Assembly (NCBI RefSeq): GCF_000284455.1
Contig: NC_017039.1
Coordinates: forward strand, 300,001 to 332,000
DNA from: Synechocystis sp. PCC 6803 substr. PCC-P
GTDB taxonomy: Bacteria; Cyanobacteriota; Cyanobacteriia; Cyanobacteriales; Microcystaceae
DNA length: 32,000 nt
Direction of reading: 5' to 3'
Shown here piece by piece: positions 8,114-17,983 of the stretch. Positions within the stretch are counted from its first letter, which is position 1. Every line of letters starts with the position of its first letter. The notes below the pieces were generated by a model. It was given only the letters and a program-made list of their open reading frames with translations, was not told where the DNA came from and searched no databases. The translations under genes were made by a program, and so were the position numbers.

Positions 8114-9418
8114 CTAAAAACCACCTACAAAGCGCCCAGGACTAAAAGTATTGTGGGGGTCGAACTGATTTTTTAGACGGCCCATCATAGCCAAACCATG
8201 GCCACTCTGGCCCCAAACGTCCCAGTGTTTTTTACATTCCGGAGACGCTTCTAACACCGTTACATAACCACCATAATTCTGACAAATTTGCCTTTGCTGG
8301 TTCAACTTTTCCCGGTCCAGTTGGCCAAAACGTACCCAACCAATGCCATTGCCCAATTGTACATGTCCCAACCCTGGTAACTGTTGCAGAAAATCCGCTG
8401 CCTTAGCGGGTAAAAGACCAAACTTACAGAGTATGGTTTCCGTAGTACCCTGCCCGGCCATGGCATTTTCCCACCGTTGCCAAAGTTCGCTCTCTGCTTG
8501 ATTGTCAAAGGACTGGCTGGCCAAGGTCAAAGTTTGGGCGAGTTTTTTTACCTCATCAATCTGGGCCTGCACCACCGGCTCTAGGTTTTGGAAACGGACG
8601 AGTAAGCCCAATTCTTCCCCAAGGTTTAATGCTTGAACTAGAGCCGGGGAACAGATTAGGGCCGCGGTGGGTGCCAGTCCCGATCGCCGCAGGGCTTGGC
8701 TGAGTTTGGCTAGTTGGTTGGTATCACCAGTTAAAAAAACTGTTTGGGAATGGGAAGGTAGAGGGTAAAGACGGAAGGTAATTTGGGAAATAAAACCTAA
8801 CGTGCCGTAGGAACCAACGAAAAGTTTCATCAGGTCATAACCTGCCACATTTTTGACCACCCTACCGCCGGCTTTGGCCAGTTGCCCATCCCAGCGGACA
8901 AAGGAGAACCCCAAAACTAGGTCTCGCACCCCACCGTAACGCTGTTGCCACGGCCCCGCACAACCTGTGGCCATAATGCCTCCCACCGTTGCCTGGTCAT
9001 GGTAGAGGGGATTAAGGGGCAGAAATTGCTGATGGGGTTGCAAAATAGCCTGTAAATCCTTGAGTTTGACCCCCGCTTCCACCGTCACGGTCAAATCTGC
9101 CACCGCATGGTCAACAATCCTATTCAGGCCAGCACTGCTAACCAGTAACTGCACCGGCTTAGCTAATCCACCCCAAGCCAATTTACTTTGGTTGCCACAG
9201 GGGATGACTGGCCAATTATTTCGATCGCACTCACTTAGCAAACATTGCAACTCTTGCTGACTTTCTGGGGCCACCCAATGACTGGGGGCATGTTCCGGCT
9301 CAGCTAAAGCCTGGGCGATCGCCATTTGTTGGTGGGGAGGCAAATCTTGGACGGAACAGCTAGAGCTGTGGGGAAAGTTTTGGGGTGAAAAAGGTAGGGA
9401 AACAACAGCCATGGGCAT
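8114..9418 (-). CDS. glcE: FAD-linked oxidase, glycolate oxidase subunit GlcE-like
   Basis: PCMH-type FAD-binding domain (PCGNQSKLAWGG, VEAGVKLKDLQ, GGIMATGCAG, VVKNVAGYDL). The ORF opens with TTG at 9430; the first ATGs are at 9418 and 9412. Confidence 0.8.
   Translation of the reverse strand: MPMAVVSLPFSPQNFPHSSSCSVQDLPPHQQMAIAQALAEPEHAPSHWVAPESQQELQCLLSECDRNNWPVIPCGNQSKLAWGGLAKPVQLLVSSAGLNRIVDHAVADLTVTVEAGVKLKDLQAILQPHQQFLPLNPLYHDQATVGGIMATGCAGPWQQRYGGVRDLVLGFSFVRWDGQLAKAGGRVVKNVAGYDLMKLFVGSYGTLGFISQITFRLYPLPSHSQTVFLTGDTNQLAKLSQALRRSGLAPTAALICSPALVQALNLGEELGLLVRFQNLEPVVQAQIDEVKKLAQTLTLASQSFDNQAESELWQRWENAMAGQGTTETILCKFGLLPAKAADFLQQLPGLGHVQLGNGIGWVRFGQLDREKLNQQRQICQNYGGYVTVLEASPECKKHWDVWGQSGHGLAMMGRLKNQFDPHNTFSPGRFVGGF
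9315..9322. repeat. HIP1 octamer GCGATCGC
   Basis: Exact 8-mer. Confidence 0.9.
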
Positions 9419-9648
9419 TGATAAAGACAAATAGCAACCCCCAAAATCTCCAATTACAACGTCGATTTTGACGCAGTTTTGTGGTTAATTTAAAACAAAT
9501 TAAGGCAAGACTGAGGGTCCCATATTCTTGGACAATAGCATAATGCTTGACGGTAGTTGCTAGAATTTGTCTAGGGGTAAGGGAGACTCCTTTACCACCG
9601 TCCTTCCGTTGAACAGGTCAAACTTTTTATCCCGTCCCTGAGAGGTCA

Positions 9649-12171
9649 ATGTCATCCCCCCAAGTCCCCACAGTTTTTGCCATTGACGATAGCCCTTTGA
9701 ATCTTAAAATTCTCCAGCGTTTTCTGGAAAAACAAGGCTGGAAAGTGTTCATAGCGGAGGATGGATTAACAGCCATTACTGAGATCAACCAAGTGCAACC
9801 GGACATAATTGTTTTGGATATTATGATGCCCGGTATAGATGGCTTTGAAGTTTGTCGTCGTCTCAAAGCGGCTCCAGCCACAGCGGAAATTCCGATCATT
9901 TTTCTTTCTGCCCTCACCGATCAAAAAAGCATTGTCAAAGGATTAGAATTGGGGGCAGTGGACTACATCCACAAACCATTTCAGCAAGAGGAAATTATCA
10001 CCCGTTTACAACTACAACTCAAGTTACATCAAACAAACCAAGCTCTGCTGCAAAAGAATCAACAATTAGAAGAACAAATTGAAAAAACAGCCCGGACCCA
10101 AGCGGCATTAATGCAGTCGGAAATCAACTTTGCCGTTGCCTTTAACCAAAGTCCTGACCCCATTTTTATTTACGGCCGTAATAGCGGCTGTATTATGGAT
10201 GTTAATCAGCCATTTTGTCAATTTTTTGGCTTGACCAAACAGGAATTGGTGGGAGTGAGTCGTCAGCAGTTTTACTTTTGGGTAGATGAACAACAAAGAC
10301 AAAGTTTTTTAAGGGATTTATTGCTATGGCAAAAAGATGGCCTGGTTAAGTTTGAAAATCGGGAAATTGAAGTCTATGACCAGGAAAAACAAGTCCGGAC
10401 AATGTTGCTATCCGGGGAGCCGATGGAATTTAATCGGGTAGATTGTTTACTGTTTGTCATGCGCGATATTACCGAACGCAGAAAAGCCGAAAAACAACTC
10501 AAAATTCTCTCCCAAGCCTGCGAACAAAGTCCTGCTTCCATTGTTATTACCGATGTTCAGGGCAATATTACCTATGTCAATCCTAAGTTTGAAGAAATTT
10601 CTGGTTATAAATCAGCAGAAGTGCTGGGCAGAAATCCCAGAATTTTAAAATCCGGCAATAAAACCCAAGAAGATTATGAATTAATGTGGAAAACCTTGGC
10701 CTCCGGTCGTAATTGGCACGGGGAATTTCATAACCGTAGAAAAAATGGGGAATTATATTGGGAAAGGGCGTCCATTTCCCCCATTTCTAATCAGCAGGGT
10801 ATTGTCACCCATTATGTAGCAGTCAAAGAAGATATTACCAAGGAAAAACAACAAGCGGAGGCTCTTTTTCACCAAGCCCATTATGACCATTTAACCGGTT
10901 TACCCAACCGCATTTTAGCCAAGGATCGGCTCCAACAAGCCATCGAGTCGGCCCTACGCCAGAAACATATATTTGGTTTAATGTTTTTGGATTTGGATAA
11001 TTTTAAAAAAGTGAATGATACCCTCGGCCACGATGCGGGGGATCAACTTCTAGTGGAAGTTTCGGAACGATTACAACGGGCTTTGCGACAGACAGATACC
11101 GTTGCTCGCTTGGGGGGGGATGAATTTTTAATCATTTTAGATCAGGTTTCCCATAGCCGTAAGTTAATGGCGATCGCCCAACGGTTATTAAGGGTGATGC
11201 GGCAGCCGGTCAATTTGCAAGGTCTGGAATTTTTTGTCCATGGCAGCATTGGCATTACCGTTTTTCCCGACGATGGTTTCCATGCTGATGTCTTGCTGCG
11301 GAATGCGGATACGGCCATGTATGCGGCCAAGCTAGCGGGGCGGAATATGTTTCGTTTTTTCACCCCCCATATGAACCAGGCAGCCCAACAGAGAATGGCA
11401 ATAGAGTCGGAATTGCGCCAGGGTTTATCCCGCCAGGAATTCCAAATTTTATATCAGCCCATTGTCAGTTTGGAGTCGGGGCAAATTGTCGGGGCGGAAG
11501 CGTTGATGCGTTGGCATAATCGACTGCTGGGTACAGTGCCGCCGGATCAGTTTATTCCCATTGCAGAGGAGGTGGGTTTGATTGTGGAGTTGGGGGAATG
11601 GTTACTAGATAATGTCTGTTGCCAGGCAGCCCATTGGCATAGCGCCTTGGGGGAGCAAACTTTTTGGGTGTCGGTGAATGTTTCCCCCCGGCAGTTAAAA
11701 GATAGTTATTTTGTTGCTATTTTGCAGGGATTCTTACAACGGTATCAGGTGCGACCGGAATGGTTAGAGCTGGAAATTACAGAAAATTTAATCCTGGAAG
11801 AAAATGGCGACCTACTGAAAAATTTAAGTGATTTAGAAGAAGAAAATATTGCCCTTTCCCTGGATGATTTTGGTACTGGTTACAGTTCGTTAAACTATCT
11901 GCGTAAATTTAACTTTAATTCCCTCAAAATTGATCGCTCCTTTGTAGAATTGTTGCCCCATGATAATAATACTGTGGGGTTGGTGCGGGCCATTATTGCC
12001 ATGGCCCACCATCTAGAGCTAAAAGTGATTGCTGAGGGCATTGAAACCCCAGAACAGTGGAATTTTCTTCGTCTCCAAGGCTGTGATTATGGCCAAGGTT
12101 ATCTATTCAGTCCGGCGATCGCCGTGGAGGAATGGGAAAGCCTGGGGCAGAAGCCACCGTTCTTCCCCTGA
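9649..12171 (+). CDS. Response regulator with REC, coiled coil, PAS, PAS, GGDEF and EAL domains (c-di-GMP turnover)
   Basis: REC residues are intact (DD near the N-terminus, VLDIMMPGIDG, FLSA, HKPF). Two PAS blocks are present. The GGDEF motif is RLGGDEFLII. EAL motifs are EALMRW, DDFGTGYSSL, KIDRSF and EGIET. Confidence 0.9.
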   Translation: MSSPQVPTVFAIDDSPLNLKILQRFLEKQGWKVFIAEDGLTAITEINQVQPDIIVLDIMMPGIDGFEVCRRLKAAPATAEIPIIFLSALTDQKSIVKGLELGAVDYIHKPFQQEEIITRLQLQLKLHQTNQALLQKNQQLEEQIEKTARTQAALMQSEINFAVAFNQSPDPIFIYGRNSGCIMDVNQPFCQFFGLTKQELVGVSRQQFYFWVDEQQRQSFLRDLLLWQKDGLVKFENREIEVYDQEKQVRTMLLSGEPMEFNRVDCLLFVMRDITERRKAEKQLKILSQACEQSPASIVITDVQGNITYVNPKFEEISGYKSAEVLGRNPRILKSGNKTQEDYELMWKTLASGRNWHGEFHNRRKNGELYWERASISPISNQQGIVTHYVAVKEDITKEKQQAEALFHQAHYDHLTGLPNRILAKDRLQQAIESALRQKHIFGLMFLDLDNFKKVNDTLGHDAGDQLLVEVSERLQRALRQTDTVARLGGDEFLIILDQVSHSRKLMAIAQRLLRVMRQPVNLQGLEFFVHGSIGITVFPDDGFHADVLLRNADTAMYAAKLAGRNMFRFFTPHMNQAAQQRMAIESELRQGLSRQEFQILYQPIVSLESGQIVGAEALMRWHNRLLGTVPPDQFIPIAEEVGLIVELGEWLLDNVCCQAAHWHSALGEQTFWVSVNVSPRQLKDSYFVAILQGFLQRYQVRPEWLELEITENLILEENGDLLKNLSDLEEENIALSLDDFGTGYSSLNYLRKFNFNSLKIDRSFVELLPHDNNTVGLVRAIIAMAHHLELKVIAEGIETPEQWNFLRLQGCDYGQGYLFSPAIAVEEWESLGQKPPFFP
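11170..11177. repeat. HIP1 octamer GCGATCGC
   Basis: Exact 8-mer. Confidence 0.9.
12115..12122. repeat. HIP1 octamer GCGATCGC
   Basis: Exact 8-mer. Confidence 0.9.
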
Positions 12172-12257
12172 TTCCGGTAGGATGGGATTAGCCAAAATCC
12201 AGGTTAGTTTTCTGGGTTATTCGGCCTAGTTGGATTAGCTTGAAGGGAAGGGATGCA

Positions 12258-13715
12258 ATGGGGCAACCAGGTCTAACAATGGGGTTTAAGACTGTGTTTA
12301 AAAAGCCCCTCGTGATGGGGGGAATTGGCCTGTCAGTCCTACTGGGGCTTTGGTCCACCACCCACAGTGCCGAACAACCATGGGACCAATGGGGTTTATG
12401 GGCTTTATCCGGTCTGGGATTGGTTATCTGGCGGTGGCGGCGGCGTCATCATGCTCCTCCTGAGCAGAAACAGATGTTAACTCCAGAGGTTCTGCAAAAG
12501 GTGATCGCCCAGGGGGAAAAGTTATTGGCCCGCCGTCAGGCCCAGGCACCGGATTTGGTTCTGGAAGATTTGGCCCAGGAACTGCAAGCATTACAAAAAC
12601 CAGCCCCCCCACCCCAAGCATTAAACGGTATTGTCCTAGGGGAAAAACGCAGTGGCAAAACCAGCTTATTGGACCTATTGCCGTCCCGGTTGACCCCAGG
12701 GGAAGGAGAAAAACCATTAATTTTGAATTGGCAAGTGGTGGCAGCGGAAACTCCCCCGGAAACCATGGCCCAGTCAATGACGGAAGCCCATTGGGTCCTA
12801 GTCCTAGCCACCGGAGATTTGACCAGCTCCCAGTGGCAGGTGTTGGAGTTTTTGCAAACCCACCATCACCATTGGCAATTGTTATTTAATAAGCAGGATA
12901 TTTACCCGATCGGCGATCGCCAAATCCTCTGGGATCAATTGCAGCATCAGGTGAATCAATTGGGTAACGCCAACCCGGTTATTCCCATTAGCGCCGCCCC
13001 CCAACCGATCCAAATCCGTCGTTATTTGGCCGATGGAGAATGGGAAATCGACCAGGAAACTCCTCCCCCCGACCTGGGGAATTTGCTGTCCCAACTGCAA
13101 CAACAGGCCACAGAGCAGTGGGAATCCCTGGTTTTGGGTCAACAATGGCGTCGATGCCAGGCCATTAACCAACAGGTGGAGCAACGGTGGCGAGAAAATC
13201 GCCGCACCCTAGCCATTCCCCTAGTGGAACAGGCCCAATGGTTAGCCGCTGGCACCGCCTTGTTTAATCCCGTGGCTAATTTAGATCTGCTGACGGCGAT
13301 CGCCATCAATGGTCAACTGGTCTGGGACTTGGGGGAACTGTACCATCAAAAAATTTCCCTGGCCCAGGCCCAAACAGTCGCCAAAGAGATGGGAACAATC
13401 CTGATCAAATTAGGTATGGTGGAACTATCTACCCAAGCTCTGGGAGCATTGCTAAAAAGTCAGCCCCTCACTTACTTGGCCGGTGGTGCCCTCCAAGGAT
13501 TAAGCGCCGCTTACTTGACTCGCATTGCTGGTTTGAGTTTAATCACTTTCCTGGAAAGTCAAGATCCCGACCTCAGTGAACCCCAATGGGATTGGCAAAA
13601 ATTGACCGCAGTGGTCAAACAGACCTTTGAGCAAAATCAGCGTCGGGCCGTATTGCAAGGATTTTTCCAGCGAGCCCGACAACAATTAAGTCCAGCCTCC
13701 CCAACTATTGCCTAG
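12258..13715 (+). CDS. Membrane protein with GTPase-like P-loop domain and C-terminal DUF697-like region
   Basis: The ORF opens with TTG at 12240. The ATG at 12258 follows GGAAGGGA. Two N-terminal TMs. Walker A/G1 motif GEKRSGKT (12639-12662) and G4 motif NKQD (12888-12899). The C-terminal hydrophobic region is typical of the DUF697/YcjF type. Confidence 0.6.
   Translation: MGQPGLTMGFKTVFKKPLVMGGIGLSVLLGLWSTTHSAEQPWDQWGLWALSGLGLVIWRWRRRHHAPPEQKQMLTPEVLQKVIAQGEKLLARRQAQAPDLVLEDLAQELQALQKPAPPPQALNGIVLGEKRSGKTSLLDLLPSRLTPGEGEKPLILNWQVVAAETPPETMAQSMTEAHWVLVLATGDLTSSQWQVLEFLQTHHHHWQLLFNKQDIYPIGDRQILWDQLQHQVNQLGNANPVIPISAAPQPIQIRRYLADGEWEIDQETPPPDLGNLLSQLQQQATEQWESLVLGQQWRRCQAINQQVEQRWRENRRTLAIPLVEQAQWLAAGTALFNPVANLDLLTAIAINGQLVWDLGELYHQKISLAQAQTVAKEMGTILIKLGMVELSTQALGALLKSQPLTYLAGGALQGLSAAYLTRIAGLSLITFLESQDPDLSEPQWDWQKLTAVVKQTFEQNQRRAVLQGFFQRARQQLSPASPTIA
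12913..12920. repeat. HIP1 octamer GCGATCGC
   Basis: Exact 8-mer. Confidence 0.9.
13296..13303. repeat. HIP1 octamer GCGATCGC
   Basis: Exact 8-mer. Confidence 0.9.
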
Positions 13716-14199
13716 TTAACTGGTTAATAATCTCGGCGGAGCGGGGGTAGAGCTTGAGCAAATCTTCCCGATTGGCCAACTCAAAATCCTGAAAATCGAA
13801 TCCAGGGGCAACGGTGCAACCCACTAGGGCATAATCTCCGCCGTTTTTAACCCGAGAAGCAAACCAACCATCCTTGAGAACCACCGCTTGGGGCACTTCT
13901 CCTTTTTCCAAATCCAAGCCCAGGCTGATCACCTCCAGCTCTCCCTGGGGAGAAAACCAGTAAATTTCCAAGCTATCACCGGCATAGAAATGCCACATTT
14001 CATCGGATTTAATCCTGTGGAAAGCGGAAAAGTTGTCCTTGGTCATCAAAAAATAAATTCCGGTAACTACATTTCTACTGCCGTCAAATCCTGCAAAATT
14101 TGCCTCTACTGGCGATCGATAGGTTTCCTTATAAAATCCCCCTTCAGGATGGGGGAGTAGCTCCAACTTTTCTACCCAATAATTAATTTCTTTTTTCAT
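13705..14199 (-). CDS. Cupin superfamily protein (DUF985 type)
   Basis: 164 aa. The N-terminus WVEKLELLPHPEGGFYKETYRS and the segment SAFHRIKSDEMWHFYAGD fit the DUF985 cupin pattern. Its 3' end overlaps the convergent upstream gene by 11 nt. Confidence 0.8.
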   Translation of the reverse strand: MKKEINYWVEKLELLPHPEGGFYKETYRSPVEANFAGFDGSRNVVTGIYFLMTKDNFSAFHRIKSDEMWHFYAGDSLEIYWFSPQGELEVISLGLDLEKGEVPQAVVLKDGWFASRVKNGGDYALVGCTVAPGFDFQDFELANREDLLKLYPRSAEIINQLTRQ

Positions 14200-14254
14200 A
14201 AAATTTCTCCTAGATTAGAGTATTTAATTAAGCCTGTTAATTTGCCGAATTAAG

Positions 14255-15106
14255 TTAATTTTTTACCAATTTTCGCTCCGACCAGTCCGGTAAATTTTTC
14301 TGCAGAAGATATAACCAGACAATTCCCGCTGTTCCCAATAAAACTAGGGTGATGCTAACAACCTGAGCTATTCTCAGAGGACCAAGCATCAAACTATCTA
14401 ATCTTAAACCTTCAATCCACACTCGACCGAGGCTATAACCAATCAAATAAACACAGGTTATGGTCCCAGTTTTGATTTTTTCTGGATTTCTTAGTCCATA
14501 AAAAAATAGGGCTATCAAGATTGCAAAAATTCCTAGGTTCCAGACTGATTCGTATAAAAAAGTAGGATGGAAATAGGCATAGCTGGTCAGATTTAGCGGA
14601 CGATTAGCAAAGGGAATATAGAGCTTCCAAGGCAAATTAGTGGGGGCACCAAAAGCTTCGGAGTTAAAAAAGTTGCCCCACCGACCGATCGCCTGGCCGA
14701 GAATAACCGCCGGGGTGAGTACATCCAGCAAATTCCAGAAAGATAACTGATGGTAGCGACTGAAAACAAGAATGGCGATCGTTCCCCCAATCAAGGCCCC
14801 ATGGATAGCAATGCCCCCTTGCCAAATGGCAAAAATATTTAACCAATGCTGGGCATAGCGGGGCCACTCAAAGGCGACGTAATATAGGCGAGCAGAAGGG
14901 ATGGCCGCCACCACTAACCAAATGACTAAATCGTTGAATAAATCCGGGTTAATGCCCCGTTTTTGCCCCAACCATTGACAGAGATTCAAACCAATAATGA
15001 CAGCACTGGCAATCAAAAATCCGTACCAACGCAGGGCAAAACCCCCTATCTGGAACATCACCGGCCCGGGGGACTGAAATTGTCCGAAAAATATTTGCTC
15101 AATCAT
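14255..15106 (-). CDS. lgt: Prolipoprotein diacylglyceryl transferase
   Basis: Polytopic membrane ORF with the Lgt signature [13 protein letters not shown]. The ORF opens with TTG at 15130; the ATG at 15106 is preceded by GAAGGAAGA. Confidence 0.9.
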   Translation of the reverse strand: MIEQIFFGQFQSPGPVMFQIGGFALRWYGFLIASAVIIGLNLCQWLGQKRGINPDLFNDLVIWLVVAAIPSARLYYVAFEWPRYAQHWLNIFAIWQGGIAIHGALIGGTIAILVFSRYHQLSFWNLLDVLTPAVILGQAIGRWGNFFNSEAFGAPTNLPWKLYIPFANRPLNLTSYAYFHPTFLYESVWNLGIFAILIALFFYGLRNPEKIKTGTITCVYLIGYSLGRVWIEGLRLDSLMLGPLRIAQVVSITLVLLGTAGIVWLYLLQKNLPDWSERKLVKN

Positions 15107-15119
15107 TAATCTTCCTTCG

Positions 15120-15127
15120 GCGATCGC
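15120..15127. repeat. HIP1 octamer GCGATCGC
   Basis: Exact 8-mer. Confidence 0.9.
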
Positions 15128-15133
15128 CAACCT

Positions 15134-15784
15134 CTAATTCTTAGCATCAATGTGGGATTTTACCCAAATGCGAAAAGCCTTGATGGTTTTGTTGCGGCCT
15201 TCCTGGTCAATGCGTTGTAGATAGGCGGGAATAATTTCCCTGAGATCAAAATCAGGAAAAATCGAGCTAACTTCCCTTTGGCGGTATTCCCCTTGTTCTA
15301 GGCAGTGAATTTCCAATTGTCTGCGTTTAAAACGCCACACTTCCGGCACCCCTAATTGGGCATAAATATCTAAATGGGTACGGGAAGTTAGATCCACTTC
15401 GAGAGCTAAATCCGGTGGAGGATCAATGGTGGTATCCCAACGTTTTAAACCCCGCACTTTCGCTTCATTTTGAATATAAAAACAGCTATCTGGCTCTAAA
15501 CCCAGACCGAGAAACTTATTTTTAAAAGTTGTTGAACCCAAGGGGGAAAATTCAATGTCTAGCTCCTCTAACAAAGCTTTGACTAAGTCGCCCACTAGTT
15601 CTTTATCAATTTCGTGTTCAGGCAGGGGAGCCATAATTTCTAGTTGTTGACCATAGTAAGCAATGCGGGAACTGCGATGTTCACCGAGTTCTTCCAGCAA
15701 AGCTTCAAATTCGTCCCAATCCACATCCCGCAAAACCAAGGTCTGGCCGGGAAGCACACTGATGCGGTCTAGGGCTAGCAACAT
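15134..15784 (-). CDS. Uma2-family (DUF820) putative endonuclease
   Basis: Typical Uma2 layout: N-terminal WDEFEALLEELGE, IAYYGQQLEIMAPLPEHE, then the PD-(D/E)xK-like motif PPDLALEV. The ORF opens with TTG at 15802; the ATG at 15784 follows GAGGAAG. Confidence 0.8.
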   Translation of the reverse strand: MLLALDRISVLPGQTLVLRDVDWDEFEALLEELGEHRSSRIAYYGQQLEIMAPLPEHEIDKELVGDLVKALLEELDIEFSPLGSTTFKNKFLGLGLEPDSCFYIQNEAKVRGLKRWDTTIDPPPDLALEVDLTSRTHLDIYAQLGVPEVWRFKRRQLEIHCLEQGEYRQREVSSIFPDFDLREIIPAYLQRIDQEGRNKTIKAFRIWVKSHIDAKN

Positions 15785-15881
15785 GGCTCTTCTTCCTCGC
15801 AATATGGCTAGTTTCCATTATGGCCCCTCTACCAAAGAGCAGGATTAATCCCCAGCCTAAGGCAGAAGTGAATAGAGAGAA

Positions 15882-16904
15882 CTAACTATTAACCCAGTCC
15901 TGGGGAACTAAGAATTTTTCCGTTAATTCCGCCTCGGGACTACCGGCTTCGGGACTGTAGCAATATTGCCAACGTACTAAGGGAGGTAAAGACATCAAAA
16001 TGGACTCAGTGCGGCCATTGGTTTGCAAACCGAAAATGGTGCCCCGGTCATAGACCAAGTTAAATTCCACATACCGACCCCGGCGATATAACTGGAACTG
16101 CCGTTGGCGATCGCCATATTCAGTATTGCGACGTTTTTCCACAATGGGACTGTAAGCAGGTAAAAAGGCCCGACCACAGCGTTGGGCAAAACTAAATAAA
16201 TCCTCCCAACCCAGGGGTTCAATGGGGGCTAATTGGTTGCTGTACTGGGCCGCCGGGCCATTGGGGTCAGGGCCACGGTACAGGGGAGCATTGCCATCTT
16301 GGTAATCAAAAAAGATGCCGCCAATACCCCGCATTTCCTGGCGATGTTTGAGGTAAAAATACTCGTCGCACCAGCGTTTAAATACCGGATAAAATTCCCC
16401 ATGGGTTTGGTCACAGGCATTTTTTAACGTGTGATGGAAATGGGCCGCATCTTCAGCAAAGGGATAGTAGGGAGTTAAATCGGCTCCACCTCCGAACCAC
16501 CACACCGGGCCTGCTTCAAAGTAGCGGTAATTAAGATGCACCGTGGGAATGTAGGGATTTTTTGGGTGCAACACCATGGAAGTGCCCGTGGCATAAAATT
16601 CGTGGCCTTCCGCTTCGGGGCGTTGCTTCAAAATTGAAGGAGGTAGGGATTTGCCCCAGACTTCGGAAAAATTGACTCCGCCCTGTTCCAAAAAATCTCC
16701 GTCCGCCAACACCCGGGAACGGCCACCGCCCCCTTCTTCCCGTTGCCAACTATCTTCCTGGAATTTGCCCTTGCCATCCAAGGCCTCTAGACCCTGACAA
16801 ATTTCGTCTTGAAGAGTTTGCATAAATTGGCTGACCCGCTGTTTAGCGTCCGCCGGGGGCAAGGAATGATTAGTTTGGGGCTGGGTTGTGGGAGAGACGG
16901 TCAT
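15882..16904 (-). CDS. hemF: Oxygen-dependent coproporphyrinogen III oxidase
   Basis: 340 aa with full-length HemF-type sequence ([56 protein letters not shown]). Confidence 0.95.
   Translation of the reverse strand: MTVSPTTQPQTNHSLPPADAKQRVSQFMQTLQDEICQGLEALDGKGKFQEDSWQREEGGGGRSRVLADGDFLEQGGVNFSEVWGKSLPPSILKQRPEAEGHEFYATGTSMVLHPKNPYIPTVHLNYRYFEAGPVWWFGGGADLTPYYPFAEDAAHFHHTLKNACDQTHGEFYPVFKRWCDEYFYLKHRQEMRGIGGIFFDYQDGNAPLYRGPDPNGPAAQYSNQLAPIEPLGWEDLFSFAQRCGRAFLPAYSPIVEKRRNTEYGDRQRQFQLYRRGRYVEFNLVYDRGTIFGLQTNGRTESILMSLPPLVRWQYCYSPEAGSPEAELTEKFLVPQDWVNS
16107..16114. repeat. HIP1 octamer GCGATCGC
   Basis: Exact 8-mer. Confidence 0.9.
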
Positions 16905-17126
16905 GGTGGAGATTGTTAAAAAAAGATGAATGAAAAATCTGAAATTATCCTAGAGTCCGCCAATCAATCTTGGGGAATTTTGGGTCTGATCCATCCCAAT
17001 AATTGCGAGACTAGGAGATCGGCTTAAATAAGCTCTAAACAGACGGAGAAAAACTGGCAACTCTAGGTTGATTCGATTCCCTAAAATCACCAGTTTTTCC
17101 TGGATAAGTTGTCACGCTAGGTAAAT

Positions 17127-17849
17127 CTAGCCTTCGGAGGTGGCGAGGCCAACTTCGGTGCTGCCTTGACTGCGGCGACGGGTGAGGCTGTTGAACACCA
17201 TAATGCCGATCGCCTTGATCAGGTTGCCTTCAAGTTCGTTGAACATTTTCATGTTCATGGCAAAGGCGTCATTGGCTTCATCCACAATCCGTTCGGCGGT
17301 GGCTTGGTCAATGGGCAGATCATTCATAGCTTGACGGTAGGTATTTTTAAAAGCCTTTTCGTCATCAATGTCGGCAAATTCATAGAAAGCTGTGCCACCA
17401 TCGTGGAGATTCATGGCATTTTGGGCAATTTTCTTGAGAATTTGACCGCCGGAAAGATCCCCCAGGTAACGGGTGTAGGAATGGGCCACCAACAATTCAG
17501 GGGCCGTAGCGGCCACTTGCCGGACTCGGTCCACATAGGCTTGGCCAGCGGCAGAAATTTTCACTTCTTGCCGCCAGTTGGAGCCGTAATAGAATTGCAG
17601 GTCTTGCTCTAGGCTTTGTTTGCGGTTGAGTTCGGGGAAGTAAATGTGGCTGAGGATGGGATGGTCCTTAAATTTTGCCATTTCCTCTTCCATGGCACTG
17701 TAGACAAAGTAGAGATTGCCAACCAGCTTACGGTAGGAATTTTTCTCGACAACGCCCTTGAGGAAGCATTTGACAAAGCCGACGTTCTCCGCCATGGAGT
17801 GGGATTTTTTCGTCCCTTCCCGCAACTGGGAAGCTAAGTTGACACTCAT
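17127..17849 (-). CDS. ho1: Heme oxygenase 1
   Basis: 240 aa. Heme oxygenase proximal helix LREGTKKSHSMAENVGFVKCFLKG and the distal helix YLGDLSGGQILKK. Confidence 0.95.
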   Translation of the reverse strand: MSVNLASQLREGTKKSHSMAENVGFVKCFLKGVVEKNSYRKLVGNLYFVYSAMEEEMAKFKDHPILSHIYFPELNRKQSLEQDLQFYYGSNWRQEVKISAAGQAYVDRVRQVAATAPELLVAHSYTRYLGDLSGGQILKKIAQNAMNLHDGGTAFYEFADIDDEKAFKNTYRQAMNDLPIDQATAERIVDEANDAFAMNMKMFNELEGNLIKAIGIMVFNSLTRRRSQGSTEVGLATSEG

Positions 17850-17983
17850 GCTAAAAATACCTGTATATCTTGGGTTGAATGAAAAATTGGCTTTTAACGA
17901 AGATAAAAATACGCCTAGTTTATTAGCCTAAACGGATTCGTTGAGTCGTACCATTAAGTTTTTTTAACGTCCTCCCTTTGGCC

